From Octopus bimaculoides (taxonomy: Eukaryota): 64,000 nucleotides of DNA. The stretch covers positions 15,752,595 to 15,816,594 of the forward strand of contig NC_068989.1 in NCBI RefSeq assembly GCF_001194135.2, read 5' to 3'. Below, in pieces: positions 26,151-40,660 of the stretch; the stretch's first letter is position 1; every line of letters starts with the position of its first letter. A program made the translations under genes and the position numbers. The notes below the pieces were generated by a model. That model did not search any database. It saw nothing but the letters and a program-made list of their open reading frames with translations, and was not told the DNA's origin.

Positions 26151-26577
26151 CATATCTTTATTTTAGATTACACCTTAAACATCTAACAATTGTTTCAATT
26201 GCATTGACATGTACATACATACATACATACATACATACATANNNNNNNNNNNNNNNNNNNNNNNNNNNNNNNNNNNNNNNNNNNNNNNNNNNNNNNNNNN
26301 NNNNNNNNNNNNNNNNNNNNNNNNNNNNNNNNNNNNNNNNNNNNNNNNNNNNNNNNNNNNNNNNNNNNNNNNNNNNNNNNNNNNNNNNNNNNNNNNNNNN
26401 NNNNNNNNNTATATATACATATATATGTACAGGTATATGAATTAATTCATGAATTACATATTATAGATATGTGTTTATGTGTGCGTGTGTATATACATAT
26501 ATATATATGTACATGTACATGAATTAATTCATGTATTATATACTATACAAATGTTTTTATATGTGTGCGTGTGTGTA

Positions 26578-26637
<60 letters not shown>

Positions 26638-27562
26638 TGGAAGTATGGATGTATGCTTGCTCATATGTTTTCGTGCAATACAAACCCGTTTTCTTGTCAT
26701 TGGAATGACATAGTTTACAGTCATGTGTTTCCTTAACTCTTAACAATTTGTAACTATCCACTGGCTTCCCATAAATGTGTCAGGTTTCAATTCAAATAGC
26801 TGATCGTCTGTAACCTGCAGGAAAATATACGGGCTATGTTTGAAATTTTAATAACACTGCTGTCTCTATAAAGTGAAAAGATACGATGTAAATATCTTTT
26901 GACATGACAAGTTAGCACTGCAATGAAATAACTCTTTGGCACCACAGCAAACATTGCAAAGCTGTTAAGATTTCTATTCTTGTTGGTGTTTGGTAGTTTG
27001 AGTTGTATAAGGATTTGAATCTTTTAAGGCAAAAATTGCCTAGATAAAAATTGATAAGATACCATGAATTGCAGATAGAATCTTTGTGTTCCTTCAAACT
27101 ATATTTGATTCTCTGGACATTTACAGGTATATTCTTTTTGTTGAAGCAGGAACTGAATTGCTGTGTTACACTACCTTCCTGTTCGAATGGAAACATTTGT
27201 GATACACTATTATTATTAACATCTAGAAAAAAAAACCCGTTTCTGTTAACTGTAAAGAATTTGTATTTGCAATTTTACTGTTGTATCTTCTTTTGTCATG
27301 TCGTTTTAAAAATCGGTGAACAAAAGACAAAATGGATATTTTTACGGGTTGCACATACATACATACATACATACATACATACATGAAAATAGATAACTAG
27401 GTAGATAACTAGGTAGATAACTAGATTTAGACATGTATACGTAAATGTAGATATAGATATGCATGTATATATAAGAAATATTATGCTAAATATTACACAT
27501 TACAACACGCTTATATTATATTATATATATATCATATATATTATAGTATACGTATATATATA

Positions 27563-27688
<126 letters not shown>

Positions 27689-28662
27689 TGTGTGTGTGTG
27701 TATAAATTACAATGTATTTGAGAGAATGTGTTTCTGTAGAGTTCTTATTGTAGCATAAAGACGGGAACTGAACAGAAAACGAGATCGGGCATGGAACAAT
27801 GTAACGGTAAACGGGAACTGGGAATAGTTTATTGCCAAAAATAGTATTACAAACTATTAATTCGATATTGAGGGAATAAGAATGACCCTTTATGATTTTA
27901 ACAAACGAGCATGCATCTGAGTAAGATAAATTAGATAAATAGATAGATTTACAAATACGTTGAGAAATAGTCAACGTATTGTAGCTGGCGTTGTAGTGTG
28001 TCGTAGCTTATCGTAGCATGGCCGTATCTTGCGGTGCACGATAAAAATGATTATGATGTTATGGTGATTTAGATTTAATTCATCAAATTAATTTCATGGT
28101 CAACCAACTTCCAGGTCATTGGTCATTACATTGTTCCATGTCCTATCCACGAATCCTGCAGTTGACCGTGTCTTTAATGAGACATTAGCGTGACGTACGG
28201 GCGCTGCATGCAGAAATATTTTCCTTTTGGAAAGCTGAGTTATTCTCACACGCTGTTTACTTGAAGGAATGCATGGTTGAGCCTTACAGAAGCCTTACTT
28301 AATTCATATCAGTATATCAGTATAGACTTTTATTAAAATCCAATTAGTCTATGATTCAACTGGATGTTAGTTTAACATGTATGCAAAGTTTTGACAAGAT
28401 TAGTTCACTGGTGCAGGCAGCAAGATGGTAACAGGCAGACAGCCAGACAGACAGACAGAAATTCCCATTGTCCCTTTTGAACATGTATTTCTATCTTCAT
28501 CTACCAAACATACATACCTATTTATGTAGATACACACATGTATACATGTATACAGTATATTGGCGATGCTTCTCGTTTTATATTGCTAGGTTAAAATCAA
28601 TGTTTTTATTCCCACAGAGTCCTTATCTTTTATAATTTTTTTGTTTCATAGAAATGTGTATG

Positions 28663-28698
<36 letters not shown>

Positions 28699-29162
28699 NN
28701 NNNNNNNNNNNNNNNNNNNNNNNNNNNNNNNNNNNNNNNNNNNNNNNNNNNNNNNNNNNNNNNNNNNNNNNNNNNNNNNNNNNNNNNNNNNNNNNNNNNN
28801 NNNNNNNNNNNNNNNNNNNNNNNNNNNNNNNNNNNNNNNNNNNNNNNNNNNNNNNNNNNNNNNNNNNNNNNNNNNNNNNNNNNNNNNNNNNNNNNNNNNN
28901 NNNNNNNNNNNNNNNNNNNNNNNNNNNNNNNNNNNNNNNNNNNNNNNNNNNNNNNNNNNNNNNNNNNNNNNNNNNNNNNNNNNNNNNNNNNNNNNNNNNN
29001 NNNNNNNNNNNNNNNNNNNNNNNNNNNNNNNNNNNNNNNNNNNNNNNNNNNNNNNNNNNNNNNNNNNNNNNNNNNNNNNNNNNNNNNNNNNNNNNNNNNN
29101 NNNNNNNNNNNNNNNNNNNNNNNNNNNNNNNNNNNNNNNNNNNNNNNNNNNNNNNNNNNNNN

Positions 29163-29520
29163 CTTTTCCCCTTCAAATCGAATGTCAACGGTCAAAGTAT
29201 CGCTTTGGATACAATTTATGATACCCAAAGTCTTCTACCGTCTTCTGTAAAGCATTGTGATCACAGTCTGCATGAATCATTTCGAAAACTGCCTGGCGAT
29301 TAATGTCGTTGAGTGCAGATGTCTGCCTCTCAAAACGTAATTTGTCTTAAATGCTGGTTTCCACTTCTTTAAAAATTTCAATTCTTCAGAGCATATTAAT
29401 GTTGTCAATGAAGTCATCTCCGTAAACATTTTGTGGATTCAAAGAGCCTGTAACACTCCTTCGTCAAGAAGTTAATGATGACATGTTGCTTCTGCTTGAA
29501 ATACATTACTGCCAGCAGTG
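29163..29520 (-). mobile_element. Mariner transposase N-terminal remnant, cut by a gap
   Basis: KQKQHVIINFLTKE...QNVYGDD...FKEVETSI*DK.R...EMIHAD...GYHKLYPK resembles the mariner DNA-binding region and the WVPR-proximal segment. Confidence 0.65.
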
Positions 29521-30212
29521 AGGAAGAATAGAGAGAATTGTTACTATAGAGAGAAATTTATTCTAACACCGGCACTTTGAATGATCTTTGTCAATTGATA
29601 CCTACTGTTTCGCTAATTTAAATACAAACCTCTGTGCGTTTTTGTATAGAAGTATGTATGTATGTATTTCTTTCGGATTGTGTGTTTAATATTATTTCAC
29701 ATTATTTGCTCCTGCCTCCGTGGGACATTAGGATGATATTTAAAGGCAACCAGAAGTATCAATCAAAACAAATATCGGAAACTGTTGGTCGAAGATTGCC
29801 TACTGCTTTGGAGCAAAGAATATAAAACAAGTTTGATAACTGCTTTATAAAATCTAAATATGGTAAGAAAACAGTAAATTCGAACACAGAGAAAGAACAG
29901 GAAAAAACAACGACGATAAATAGTGGTGAGATAAGAAAAGCAAACAGATAGTAAAAAAAATTGTTATATCCTATAAGTATATTTAAAAAAAATTTGTTGT
30001 TAGAAAATGTGAATTCTATTTGGCTTTTATTCTGCTATACATCTTCCATGCAGGCAACTATCGCTTCGCTAAACGTATTTTCTATGATTAACTGGGTTCT
30101 TCTGTTAAAATGTATTCTATAGGCAAGAAGTTAACGGGTGCCGGTCACCCTGCAAAATGTATTTATGTAATATTAATGCTCCGTAAGATGTACAAGAAAA
30201 ATTAAAGTGAGA

Positions 30213-30327
30213 GAAGAAGAAGAAGAAGAAGAAGAAGAAGAAGAAGAAGAAGAAGAAGAAGAAGAAGAAGAAGAAGAAGAAGAAGAAGAAGAAGAAGAAG
30301 AAGAAGAAGAAGAAGAAGAAGAAGAAG
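30213..30327 (+). repeat. (GAA)n microsatellite, ~38 units
   Basis: Read directly from the sequence. Confidence 0.95.
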
Positions 30328-30550
30328 AGCAGAGGGAGAAGGAACTCGGAGATACGATCTATAGATATTATTGTAAATTGATGTAAAATATATGAAAAAA
30401 TACCTGAATGGCTGATGAAAAAAACAGTGAATGCAAACAAACAATAATGAAGTTAATTATGGGGAAAACTTGCAAAAATTAATCGATAAAATGCATGTAA
30501 GTTTGTAATGTATACACATGCACATACACACACTGACACACTCACACGCA

Positions 30551-30599
<49 letters not shown>

Positions 30600-32144
30600 A
30601 CACACACACACACATTTATATATATACATATGTGTGTTTTTTTTTTAAGTGACACTTGAAATTATAATCAAACTACATATACTGAAATAAATAGATATAC
30701 AATATGCTATATTTATGCTATATTTTCTGATATATTATGCAGATGCAAATAGAAGTCGTTGGTCTCTGAAGTCGTTATCAGTGGTTTGCTCCAGCACGCC
30801 AATGATTATTTATCCAGGCGTAACTGTGTGGTTAAAAAGTCCGCTCCGCAACCAAGTAAGATGTGCACCTGTGCGTGTGTGTATGTGTGTGTGTGTGTGT
30901 GTGAGTCTGGTTTCAGGAATTTCACGTTATGCAAACAGTTCCTTTTCTTCAACTGCTGATACCCTTTGCTTATTTTAAAAGAAGCAAGGGTACACCAGCA
31001 TGACTGCAGTCCAATGAGTGGAGCTGAGAAAAAAAAAAAAGAATACAAGCTCATTTCCTTTCCATGATTTTAAATGCCACTTTTTATTGTTGATGTCCAC
31101 ATATATGTATTCTAAGTATTCTGACTGTTTCCATACATTCCTACTTTCCATGCTGCAGTAACAGCTACATATATATCTATTCAAATATAAACAGCAACAC
31201 ACTACAACCATTCTCTTAGTACACTGCTAAAAGGATGCTTAAAGGGACAATAGACTTCTATGCGCATGTGATTGCTACGAGCACAATGTATCCAGAGCTG
31301 AAATGTGTGTGCTTGTATTATTTTATATTATATTATATTATATCATATTATGTATGTATGTATGCGTGTATGTATATATGTATGTATTGGAATATGCGAA
31401 CTAATTTTATTTTCAAGCGTCTCTCCATATTAGCTGCATTTATATGTCATTGCATATATTACCGCGCTAAATCTGCAAGCTAGAAATAAAGAATGGAAAC
31501 AAAAGCAAAACTCGGCCATTGCATATATTTCTAAGAGCGCAAAAGCAATATACAGAATAAATACAGAATATAAATAATAAGCTGATTCAAGAACGTCTTC
31601 TCTAACTGCACATAAGATAATAATTCTACATAAATTCTGTGTTATTCCAACACCGATATAAATATTCGTCTTCATCATATGCGCCTAACGTCAATCATCG
31701 TATGTACAACAGCAGGCATTGCAAATTCATATTGTTTTCCAAATATCTCGGACACTGTAGAAACATGTATATTATAAATATGTAAGACATTTATTGTTTC
31801 TCATTTCGTTTAAGCAGAAGATAATACAAATGCATCAGGCTTTTGGAAATATGTTTATGGCTACAGAGGGCAGCACACATATCGGTTTATTCACTGCAGC
31901 ATCGGGGTTGCATAACATTTGTATGCACTCCAAGTATTCATACATATACAAGCAAGCATGTACACACATGAACAAATTGTTGTGAGATATTGTAAAATTC
32001 AGAGCCTCACAGTGACTAGTAGTTTTATCCCCGATTGTAATACATATAAATCAATAAATATCTAACTCTGTACATCATTATTTAGTCTGACATATCCTGT
32101 CCATGTTACCCAAAACAGAAATGTTCAACTCAATTCAAATATGC

Positions 32145-32175
<31 letters not shown>

Positions 32176-32231
32176 TGTATGTATGTATTATGTATGTATG
32201 TATGTATGTATGTATGTATGTATGCATGTAC

Positions 32232-32297
<66 letters not shown>

Positions 32298-32399
32298 TAG
32301 TTCAAATTTAGCGATCTGTATACATAATTACAGTCGAAATCCTTCTTAACTGTGGTGTTCATCTCGAGAAAGCATCGCTTATGGACATAAAGTGTTAAA

Positions 32400-33000
32400 C
32401 ACACTGAAAAATAATGGAAGTACTAGATTTTTATTTCTGCTTATTAGCTTTATCAGTAGCAAATATCCACGTTGCCACATGCCAAGCAAACGTTGACTGC
32501 TAGCTGATATAGTTAAACAGTGACTGAAAGGTCACTGAAATCGCATTTGATCGGTAGTTTGGAAAAGATTCCTTAGTGGTGATGGAAACAGTGTTGTTCA
32601 AAATTTGTGATCTGTAGTCATACTTAAATTATATATATTGTTGAAAGCCTTCGAAACTGGGGTATTTCTCCCGAGAAAGAATCTTGTGGTTTGATTTGTG
32701 ATATCTCGGTTGCGCGTAGCTTCTGCATGGTTGAGAAAGGACAGGAAGGAATGAAATATCATACCATCTATGTAAGACTAAACGTTTGTGGATGTGATTA
32801 CAGGTTGGTTAATGAAGAGTGTGAGTGACGCAACATGACTCAGAGTGAAACGGAGTAAATTTTAATGACACTTGCACAGTGGTACTATATGACAGGAAGC
32901 TAGTGATCCAGGAAACGAGGAATCGTTGGAGCCCATGGGTAGGAGGTTTGTATGCCTGAGACTTTCAAAATCTTTGCCGATGTATGAGGTGGTACTCTTT
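32400..33000 (-). mobile_element. Very old CR1/Jockey-like LINE RT remnant
   Basis: Minus strand yields KDFESLRHTNLL and FLVSWITSFLS, resembling SKAFD.VWH..LL and WI.SFL. The remainder is fragmentary. Confidence 0.45.
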
Positions 33001-33145
33001 GAGCTTAGGATATGATTGAGCTTAGGATGTGATTGTAGATGAACGTCATTGTTAAAGGTAATTTACAATATCTTAGAGATTTTAGAGATGAGTGTTAAAG
33101 GAAAATTCGAAAGTGCTTACATATATATGGGTGTGTGTGTGTATA

Positions 33146-33194
<49 letters not shown>

Positions 33195-34374
33195 CGAGAG
33201 AAAGAGAGAAAGGGATAGATACATAGACATATGCATATACGTAATCTCATCAATAAGTGTCAGGACTGTTGCCATAGTAACGAAGCTAAAGCACGCTGAA
33301 TGAAGTTGCTAGGCACAGATTGACCTTGAACTCTGTTGCGCGCGCATGTGCACAACAGAATCCCACTTCTGACAAGAATTTCTTTTTAAAGGCGGTGCTC
33401 CAGCATGACTGAAACAAGCAAAAGAATATATCTACATGTAAACACGCGCGCGTGCACACACACACACACGCGCGCACGTACACACACACAGACATATACA
33501 CACAAACACACATATACACATATACGTTACACATGTATGTGTGTGTGTGTATGTGTGTTTGTGTGTGTGTGCGTGTGTGTGTATGTATGTATGACCTGAT
33601 AAGCTTAACAAATATACACTTTTACATTATTTGTTATTGCAAAATTTTTTTCATACTACTCGCAGGTGCAAAAATGTATGGTTTTCATTTATACACGAAA
33701 GTTTTTAAATTTATATCTTTTAGCTTTTTTGCGGGTATATGCCTGTATGTATGTATGTATGTACGTATGTATGTATGTGTGTGTATGTATGTATGATCAT
33801 ATGTATGATATATGTAAGTATGTATTATGATTATATATGTATTTGTATGAATGCATTTATGTATGTATGTTTGTACGTACACACGTACGTATGTATGTAT
33901 CTATGTATTATGTATGTATGTATGTATGTATGCATGGATGTGTGTGTGTGTATGTATGTAGGTCCTCGGTATAACTTTAAACAGCATGCTGTACCGATGT
34001 TCAGGTTCGGGAGTTCCATAGTTTTGAGATGTGTGGGACCACCTCTTAGCCACCATTGTTCCTCAGGTTTACTCCGACTCGAAGTTGTGACACCAGGTGT
34101 AGGTTGATTGGCATGAACCTTCAGTTCTTGTTTGAAATTCCTTCTCGTAGATTAACCCGAAGTGCATTTGTTCTCTGGTCGTCTCAACCTACGTTATTCC
34201 ACTGGTTTTCTAGCTCACTGCGCTAAAAGGTAGGTTCAGTGCTGTGCAGCACTTTATCCACTAAAAACAAATTCACGTAGAGGAACTTCTTGGAACAGTG
34301 ATTTTAAGATATGTTCCTACTCTGTCACGATTCGACTTCCACCAGGTATATGTGTATGTATGTGTGCATGTATC

Positions 34375-34413
<39 letters not shown>

Positions 34414-34985
34414 GTGTGTACGTGTGCGTAAGTGAGTGTATGTATTATGTATGTGTGTTTATGTGCATATTTACGGGTATATTTGTGTTGTCTCATGTCT
34501 GCATGCATATGTATTTATATATCTGCATATGTTGGTTTATGTATATGCATATATATGTATATATATATATATATATATATNNNNNNNNNNNNNNNNNNNN
34601 NNNNNNNNNNNNNNNNNNNNNNNNNNNNNNNNNNNNNNNNNNNNNNNNNNNNNNNNNNNNNNNNNNNNNNNNNNNNNNNNNNNNNNNNNNNNNNNNNNNN
34701 NNNNNNNNNNNNNNNNNNNNNNNNNNNNNNNNNNNNNNNNNNNNNNNNNNNNNNNNNNNNNNNNNNNNNNNNNNNNNNNNNNNNNNNNNNNNNNNNNNNN
34801 NNNNNNNNNNNNNNNNNNNNNNNNNNNNNNNNNNNNNNNNNNNNNNNNNNNNNNNNNNNNNNNNNNNNNNNNNNNNNNNNNNNNNNNNNNNNNNNNNNNN
34901 NNNNNNNNNNNNNNNNNNNNNNNNNNNNNNNNNNNNNNNNNNNNNNNNNNNNNNNNNNNNNNNNNNNNNNNNNNNNNNNNNNNNN

Positions 34986-35031
<46 letters not shown>

Positions 35032-35677
35032 ATATATATATATACAGCCACATACGTATATATATATATTGCTGCGTTGTGCTTGTTATTTATGTGCTCA
35101 TGTGCTTTTTTATTATTTCATTATTTATGTCTATACATATTCATATAAACGATGTGCATATTCATATTTGTGTGTGTGTGTGTGTGTGTGTGTGTACATT
35201 TGTGCGTTTGCTTGATTTTATAAAAAATGTCAGTATGTCTATAGACATATATGCATACATATATGCATACATATATGCATACATATATGCATACGTATAT
35301 ATCTGATTTGCCAAGTAAGATTTGTTTTGTTTACAGAATATAATCACAAACGTGTATATGTACGCTGTTTTTTTTCTTTTAAGTTTTGTGTGTTTACATG
35401 GATATATGTTTGAGTGCGTGTGTGTATGTTTATGCTAATGCATGTATGTGTCTAGATTTAAACTTGTAGATATATATATATATATATATATGTAAAAATA
35501 TATGCGTATGTGTGTATCTATTTATGCTTTTGTTTTGCCTATCACTAGATATTTCTTATATTCGATACGCTAACAACAAAATATGCTATTGCTATAAAAT
35601 TGGATACGTGACAATTCATATAATGAATCTTTCCTGCCTTTCAGCTGTGCTGTTATATATACATACATGCATGCATA

Positions 35678-35711
<34 letters not shown>

Positions 35712-35774
35712 NNNNNNNNNNNNNNNNNNNNNNNNNNNNNNNNNNNNNNNNNNNNNNNNNNNNNNNNNNNTATA

Positions 35775-35826
<52 letters not shown>

Positions 35827-36089
35827 CATATACACATATAATGCATAAATATGGACATGTGTGTGTGCGTGCGTGTGTGTGTGCGCACGTGTATACACTT
35901 GCTTATATTATTGATTCAGAAACATATTTTAAGCTTCTGGGATAGAAGCTGTAAATGCCTATTCCAGATGTGAATTATCTCGAAAATTGATTTGGATCTT
36001 CATCAGGTTGAACAATTTATCCAGGTTCGACTACAATATTTTAAATTTTAATGTAAACAAATGTTATCACATAAATCAAACCCAACTGT

Positions 36090-36435
36090 TCAGGCTGTAT
36101 GTTCATGCAGGAACTCTATGGCAGGTCACTGAAAGAATGATATAAGAATGAAGCTGGTATTCAGGAAACAGAAATCAAAACTATGGATGCGTATCAGAAC
36201 ACCAAACTGAAAAGGTACATCGGACTGACTGAAAGTCCCTTCAAGCAAAAGTTTAACATCCACACCGCTTCGTTTAGAAACATCGAAATACGGCTTACCA
36301 AAAATCTGCCATCTACATCTGGCAGTTAAAAGAGAAAGGCACAGCATTTGAAGTCAGTCGGAATTTTGCTGAAAAATCGAAATCTCAAATAAATGATACC
36401 ACTTGCTACGGGCTCTGCATTGTAGAAAAAATCCT
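36090..36435 (+). mobile_element. Penelope-like GIY-YIG endonuclease remnant
   Basis: CSCRN..MAGH, KRYIGLTESPFKQKFNIHTASFRN, YIWQLKEKGTAFEV and CYGLCIVEKI. Confidence 0.75.
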
Positions 36436-36639
36436 AAATGTATGCATGTATGTATGTATATATTTTCTTACGTGTAGATGTATGCATAATGATATGCATA
36501 ACATATAAGCATAATAATAATGCGCTCATAATAATACTGTCTATAATTGCCATAAGAAGGGCGGCAAAAGTAATTAAGACAATACAAAGACAAAGCACAG
36601 TGGGAACGTATACTTACAGGTGTAAAATGTAAAATAAAA

Positions 36640-37210
36640 CACAGAACAAAAAACTGATAAGAATAAAATTCTGCAATAGGAAGGAGTACCATAAGTGGGT
36701 AACCAAGAAACTCCATTACTCCAAGTCCCCCCTCTCCGCGATTGTCAAGAGCACAACAGGGAAGCATGACTCCTCCATCTATTCATTCTATTCTTCGGAC
36801 GAAAGCTCAAAGTACGCCTAAACAGGCCATCCTCTCCACATTCACCCACCTCTCATGAGACTTACTGGAGGAAGCAGCTTCCTCTCTACTCACACCTTTC
36901 TTTTTAAATGGAACTAAAAAGTCCAGAGAAGCTTGGCTTAAGAGGAAAAGCTCTGTCTTCAGTCCATTCTGTCTTGTTCACCATATAATCTCTTCCGCAA
37001 AAGGTTCCATCCAGAAGAAAACTGCCTGTCCTTCCCGGCAAACTTTGTGATGCAGACAGCCGATTGCTGGATCCGTCCAAAATGTGATAGCATCTGTCTT
37101 ACACAACTTCACAAGTTTGCAATAATCTAGCGTTATACAGATTCGTGCAGGACAGCTTCGTCGCTCCACCAGCATCTTGGACAGGCCCGGCTGACAGCAC
37201 TACCATGCCT
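36640..37210 (-). mobile_element. L1/Tx1-like LINE 3' remnant
   Basis: REGQAVFFWMEPFAEEIIW*TRQNGLKTELF...FHLKRKV*VERKLLP...ERWVNV resembles L1/Tx1-type ORF2 C-termini (recognised from memory, not by search). Confidence 0.5.
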
Positions 37211-37679
37211 ACATAATTTAACCCAAACCAAAAATGCACCCCCTGTTGTACTACCACATACAGTTACGTAACTCATTTTTAAAGCTGCTATATTAATAAA
37301 AAAAGGAAAAAGAAATAAGACAATAAGTTGTGGAGATCCTTGGAGTAAGTCATGAATTAGGCTCTTTGAGTCTGGTGAAGTTATGGATTAGGCTTTCGAG
37401 GCTGTGGTTCCCAACGTCATATAAAAAATTCTCCTTTCCTCATATCTATTGGCAACTTTATTAATTTCAGGTCCCCTGGTACTTTCGCTGTGCTTCTGTT
37501 GAAAGCCTCCTACTCTGACCAGAGGAGAGGCGTTGCTAAGGGAATACGAAATCAGGCTGTGGTGCTTCTTCGCCTCACGCGTGTTTACAGACATACACAC
37601 GCACATATATGTATATATGTGTGTGAAGCGTAGTTTATACACTCACACACACAAACACACATACACACACACACACACA

Positions 37680-37722
<43 letters not shown>

Positions 37723-39299
37723 GCGATTACGTTTATATGAATATGTGTGCGTGTAATACATATACGAAGTGTGCATATGCATGTAGTTTTCAGCACATAT
37801 ATGTGTGTGTATATGTATACATACATACATACATACATGCATACATACATGCATACATACACACACACACACATAAACATACACACATGCACACACATAT
37901 ATGTGCATATATACGTCCACAGTAAGCCCTAACAACAACACCACATCATGCAATATTCTCCATTCTCTTTGATTTTTCATCCATTTTCATGTTTTCATAT
38001 CTGCATATCTGTGATTTCTTCTTCTATCTCTCCTCGCTTCAATCAGTTCTCTGTCTCGTTATGGTTTTTTTATCATGTCTTTTTTTGTCACGTTCTTTTT
38101 TCATATTTCCCCTTCACACTCATACAATTACCACCAATATATACTAACTTATCAAAGTTTCATACACGCCACACAATCACAGAACACCTACCACACCTAG
38201 CTGGTAGCTTTCCACGTTCAGTAGTCTCCGCCATGCAAAAATTAAACGCCTCTATGATTTATCATTCATATATATATATATATATANNNNNNNNNNNNNN
38301 NNNNNNNNNNNNNNNNNNNNNNNNNNNNNNNNNNNNNNNNNNNNNNNNNNNNNNNNNNNNNNNNNNNNNNNNNNNNNNNNNNNNNNNNNNNNNNNNNNNN
38401 NNNNNNNNNNNNNNNNNNNNNNNNNNNNNNNNNNNNNNNNNNNNNNNNNNNNNNNNNNNNNNNNNNNNNNNNNNNNNNNNNNNNNNNNNNNNNNNNNNNN
38501 NNNNNNNNNNNNNNNNNNNNNNNNNNNNNNNNNNNNNNNNNNNNNNNNNNNNNNNNNNNNNNNNNNNNNNNNNNNNNNNNNNNNNNNNNNNNNNNNNNNN
38601 NNNNNNNNNNNNNNNNNNNNNNNNNNNNNNNNNNNNNNNNNNNNNNNNNNNNNNNNNNNNNNNNNNNNNNNNNNNNNNNNNNNNNNNNNNNNNNNNNNNN
38701 NNNNNNNNNNNNNNNNNNNNNNNNNNNNNNNNNNNNNNNNNNNNNNNNNNNNNNNNNNNNNNNNNNNNNNNNNNNNNNNNNNNNNNNNNNNNNNNNNNNN
38801 NNNNNNNNNNNNNNNNNNNNNNNNNNNNNNNNNNNNNNNNNNNNNNNNNNNNNNNNNNNNNNNNNNNNNNNNNNNNNNNNNNNNNNNNNNNNNNNNNNNN
38901 NNNNNNNNNNNNNNNNNNNNNNNNNNNNNNNNNNNNNNNNNNNNNNNNNNNNNNNNNNNNNNNNNNNNNNNNNNNNNNNNNNNNNNNNNNNNNNNNNNNN
39001 NNNNNNNNNNNNNNNNNNNNNNNNNNNNNNNNNNNNNNNNNNNNNNNNNNNNNNNNNNNNNNNNNNNNNNNNNNNNNNNNNNNNNNNNNNNNNNNNNNNN
39101 NNNNNNNNNNNNNNNNNNNNNNNNNNNNNNNNNNNNNNNNNNNNNNNNNNNNNNNNNNNNNNNNNNNNNNNNNNNNNNNNNNNNNNNNNNNNNNNNNNNN
39201 NNNNNNNNNNNNNNNNNNAACAAATAGTAAATGAGTATATGCATATATACGTACAGGTATGTGCATACCGACATCCACCTGTATGTATAGGTGCATATC

Positions 39300-39378
39300 T
39301 GGGTACAGGACATTGCAAACAAACGTAGACGAGAACACACGAGCCACATAGAGAACATTCTACTTCATCAGCTACCCA
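39300..39378 (-). ncRNA. Degenerate type I hammerhead motif (GAAA box damaged)
   Basis: TGGGTAG-CTGATGA-A-GTAGA-(29 nt)-TCTAC-GTTTGTTTGCAAT-GTC-CT(GT)ACCCA: stems I and II, the CUGAUGA box and GUC are present, but GAAA is absent. Confidence 0.4.
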
Positions 39379-39716
39379 CGTAGACCACTAGGTGGACTGT
39401 TAATGTGCTAAAATAAGATCACATGTAACGTGTCTACTAAGAACGAATTGTTCTCAAAGGAAATTTAGCGAAGTAACAAAAACGTATACGGGCAAGACAA
39501 GTGAAAATTACATACATATATACAGTTATCTGTAAACTAGTTTCGAAATTAACATTTTCTTACCGAAAATATCTGTTTCTCATCAGTACAGACCGCTAAA
39601 TAAATATAATTCTCAGAATCGTATACTAGTTGTTTCCGTATTCTTTTAATGTCCTTGTTCCCTGGTATTAAATTGATATTAATTAATATCCAATTGTTTA
39701 CCCTACTGTTTTAATT

Positions 39717-39770
<54 letters not shown>

Positions 39771-39771
<1 letters not shown>

Positions 39772-40124
39772 GCGCATGCGTAGCTGTGTGGTAAGAAGCT
39801 TGAGCCCAAACACCTGGTTCTGTCTGGGTTCAGTCCCACTACGTGGCACCTTGGGCAAGTATCTTCTACTATAGTTTCGGTCCGACCAAAGCCTTATGCA
39901 TGGATTTGGTTGGCGGAAACTGAAAGAAGCCTGTCGTGTATATATATCTATGTGTATATATTTATGTGAGGGTATCTTTGTGCTTGTGTTTGCCCCACAC
40001 CATCGCTTGACAAATGATGTTGTTGTGTTTATGTCCCCGAAACTTAATTGTTCGGCAAAAGAGACCGATAGACTAGGTACTAGGCTTACAAAGAATAAGT
40101 CCTGGGATTGATTTGTTCGACTAA
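39771..40124 (+). mobile_element. tRNA-derived SINE, second family (CORE-like CCTTGGGCAAGT segment)
   Basis: A-box-like TAGCTGTGTGGTAAG, B-box-like GGGTTCAGTCCC, then GGCACCTTGGGCAAGTATCTTC. The tail is shared with 42195-42414. Confidence 0.8.
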
Positions 40125-40619
40125 TATAGTGTAATATATATATATATATATATATATATANNNNNNNNNNNNNNNNNNNNNNNNNNNNNNNNNNNNNNNN
40201 NNNNNNNNNNNNNNNNNNNNNNNNNNNNNNNNNNNNNNNNNNNNNNNNNNNNNNNNNNNNNNNNNNNNNNNNNNNNNNNNNNNNNNNNNNNNNNNNNNNN
40301 NNNNNNNNNNNNNNNNNNNNNNNNNNNNNNNNNNNNNNNNNNNNNNNNNNNNNNNNNNNNNNNNNNNNNNNNNNNNNNNNNNNNNNNNNNNNNNNNNNNN
40401 NNNNNNNNNNNNNNNNNNNNNNNNNNNNNNNNNNNNNNNNNNNNNNNNNNNNNNNNNNNNNNNNNNNNNNNNNNNNNNNNNNNNNNNNNNNNNNNNNNNN
40501 NNNNNNNNNNNNNNNNNNNNNNNNNNNNNNNNNNNNNNNNNNNNNNNNNNNNNNNNNNNNNNNNNNNNNNNNNNNNNNNNNNNNNNNNNNNNNNNNNNNN
40601 NNNNNNNNNNNNNNNNNNN

Positions 40620-40660
<41 letters not shown>

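Noticed and set aside
35935-36010. Minus-strand CTGATGA near a Penelope fragment
   Set aside because: No properly placed GAAA and no stem I.
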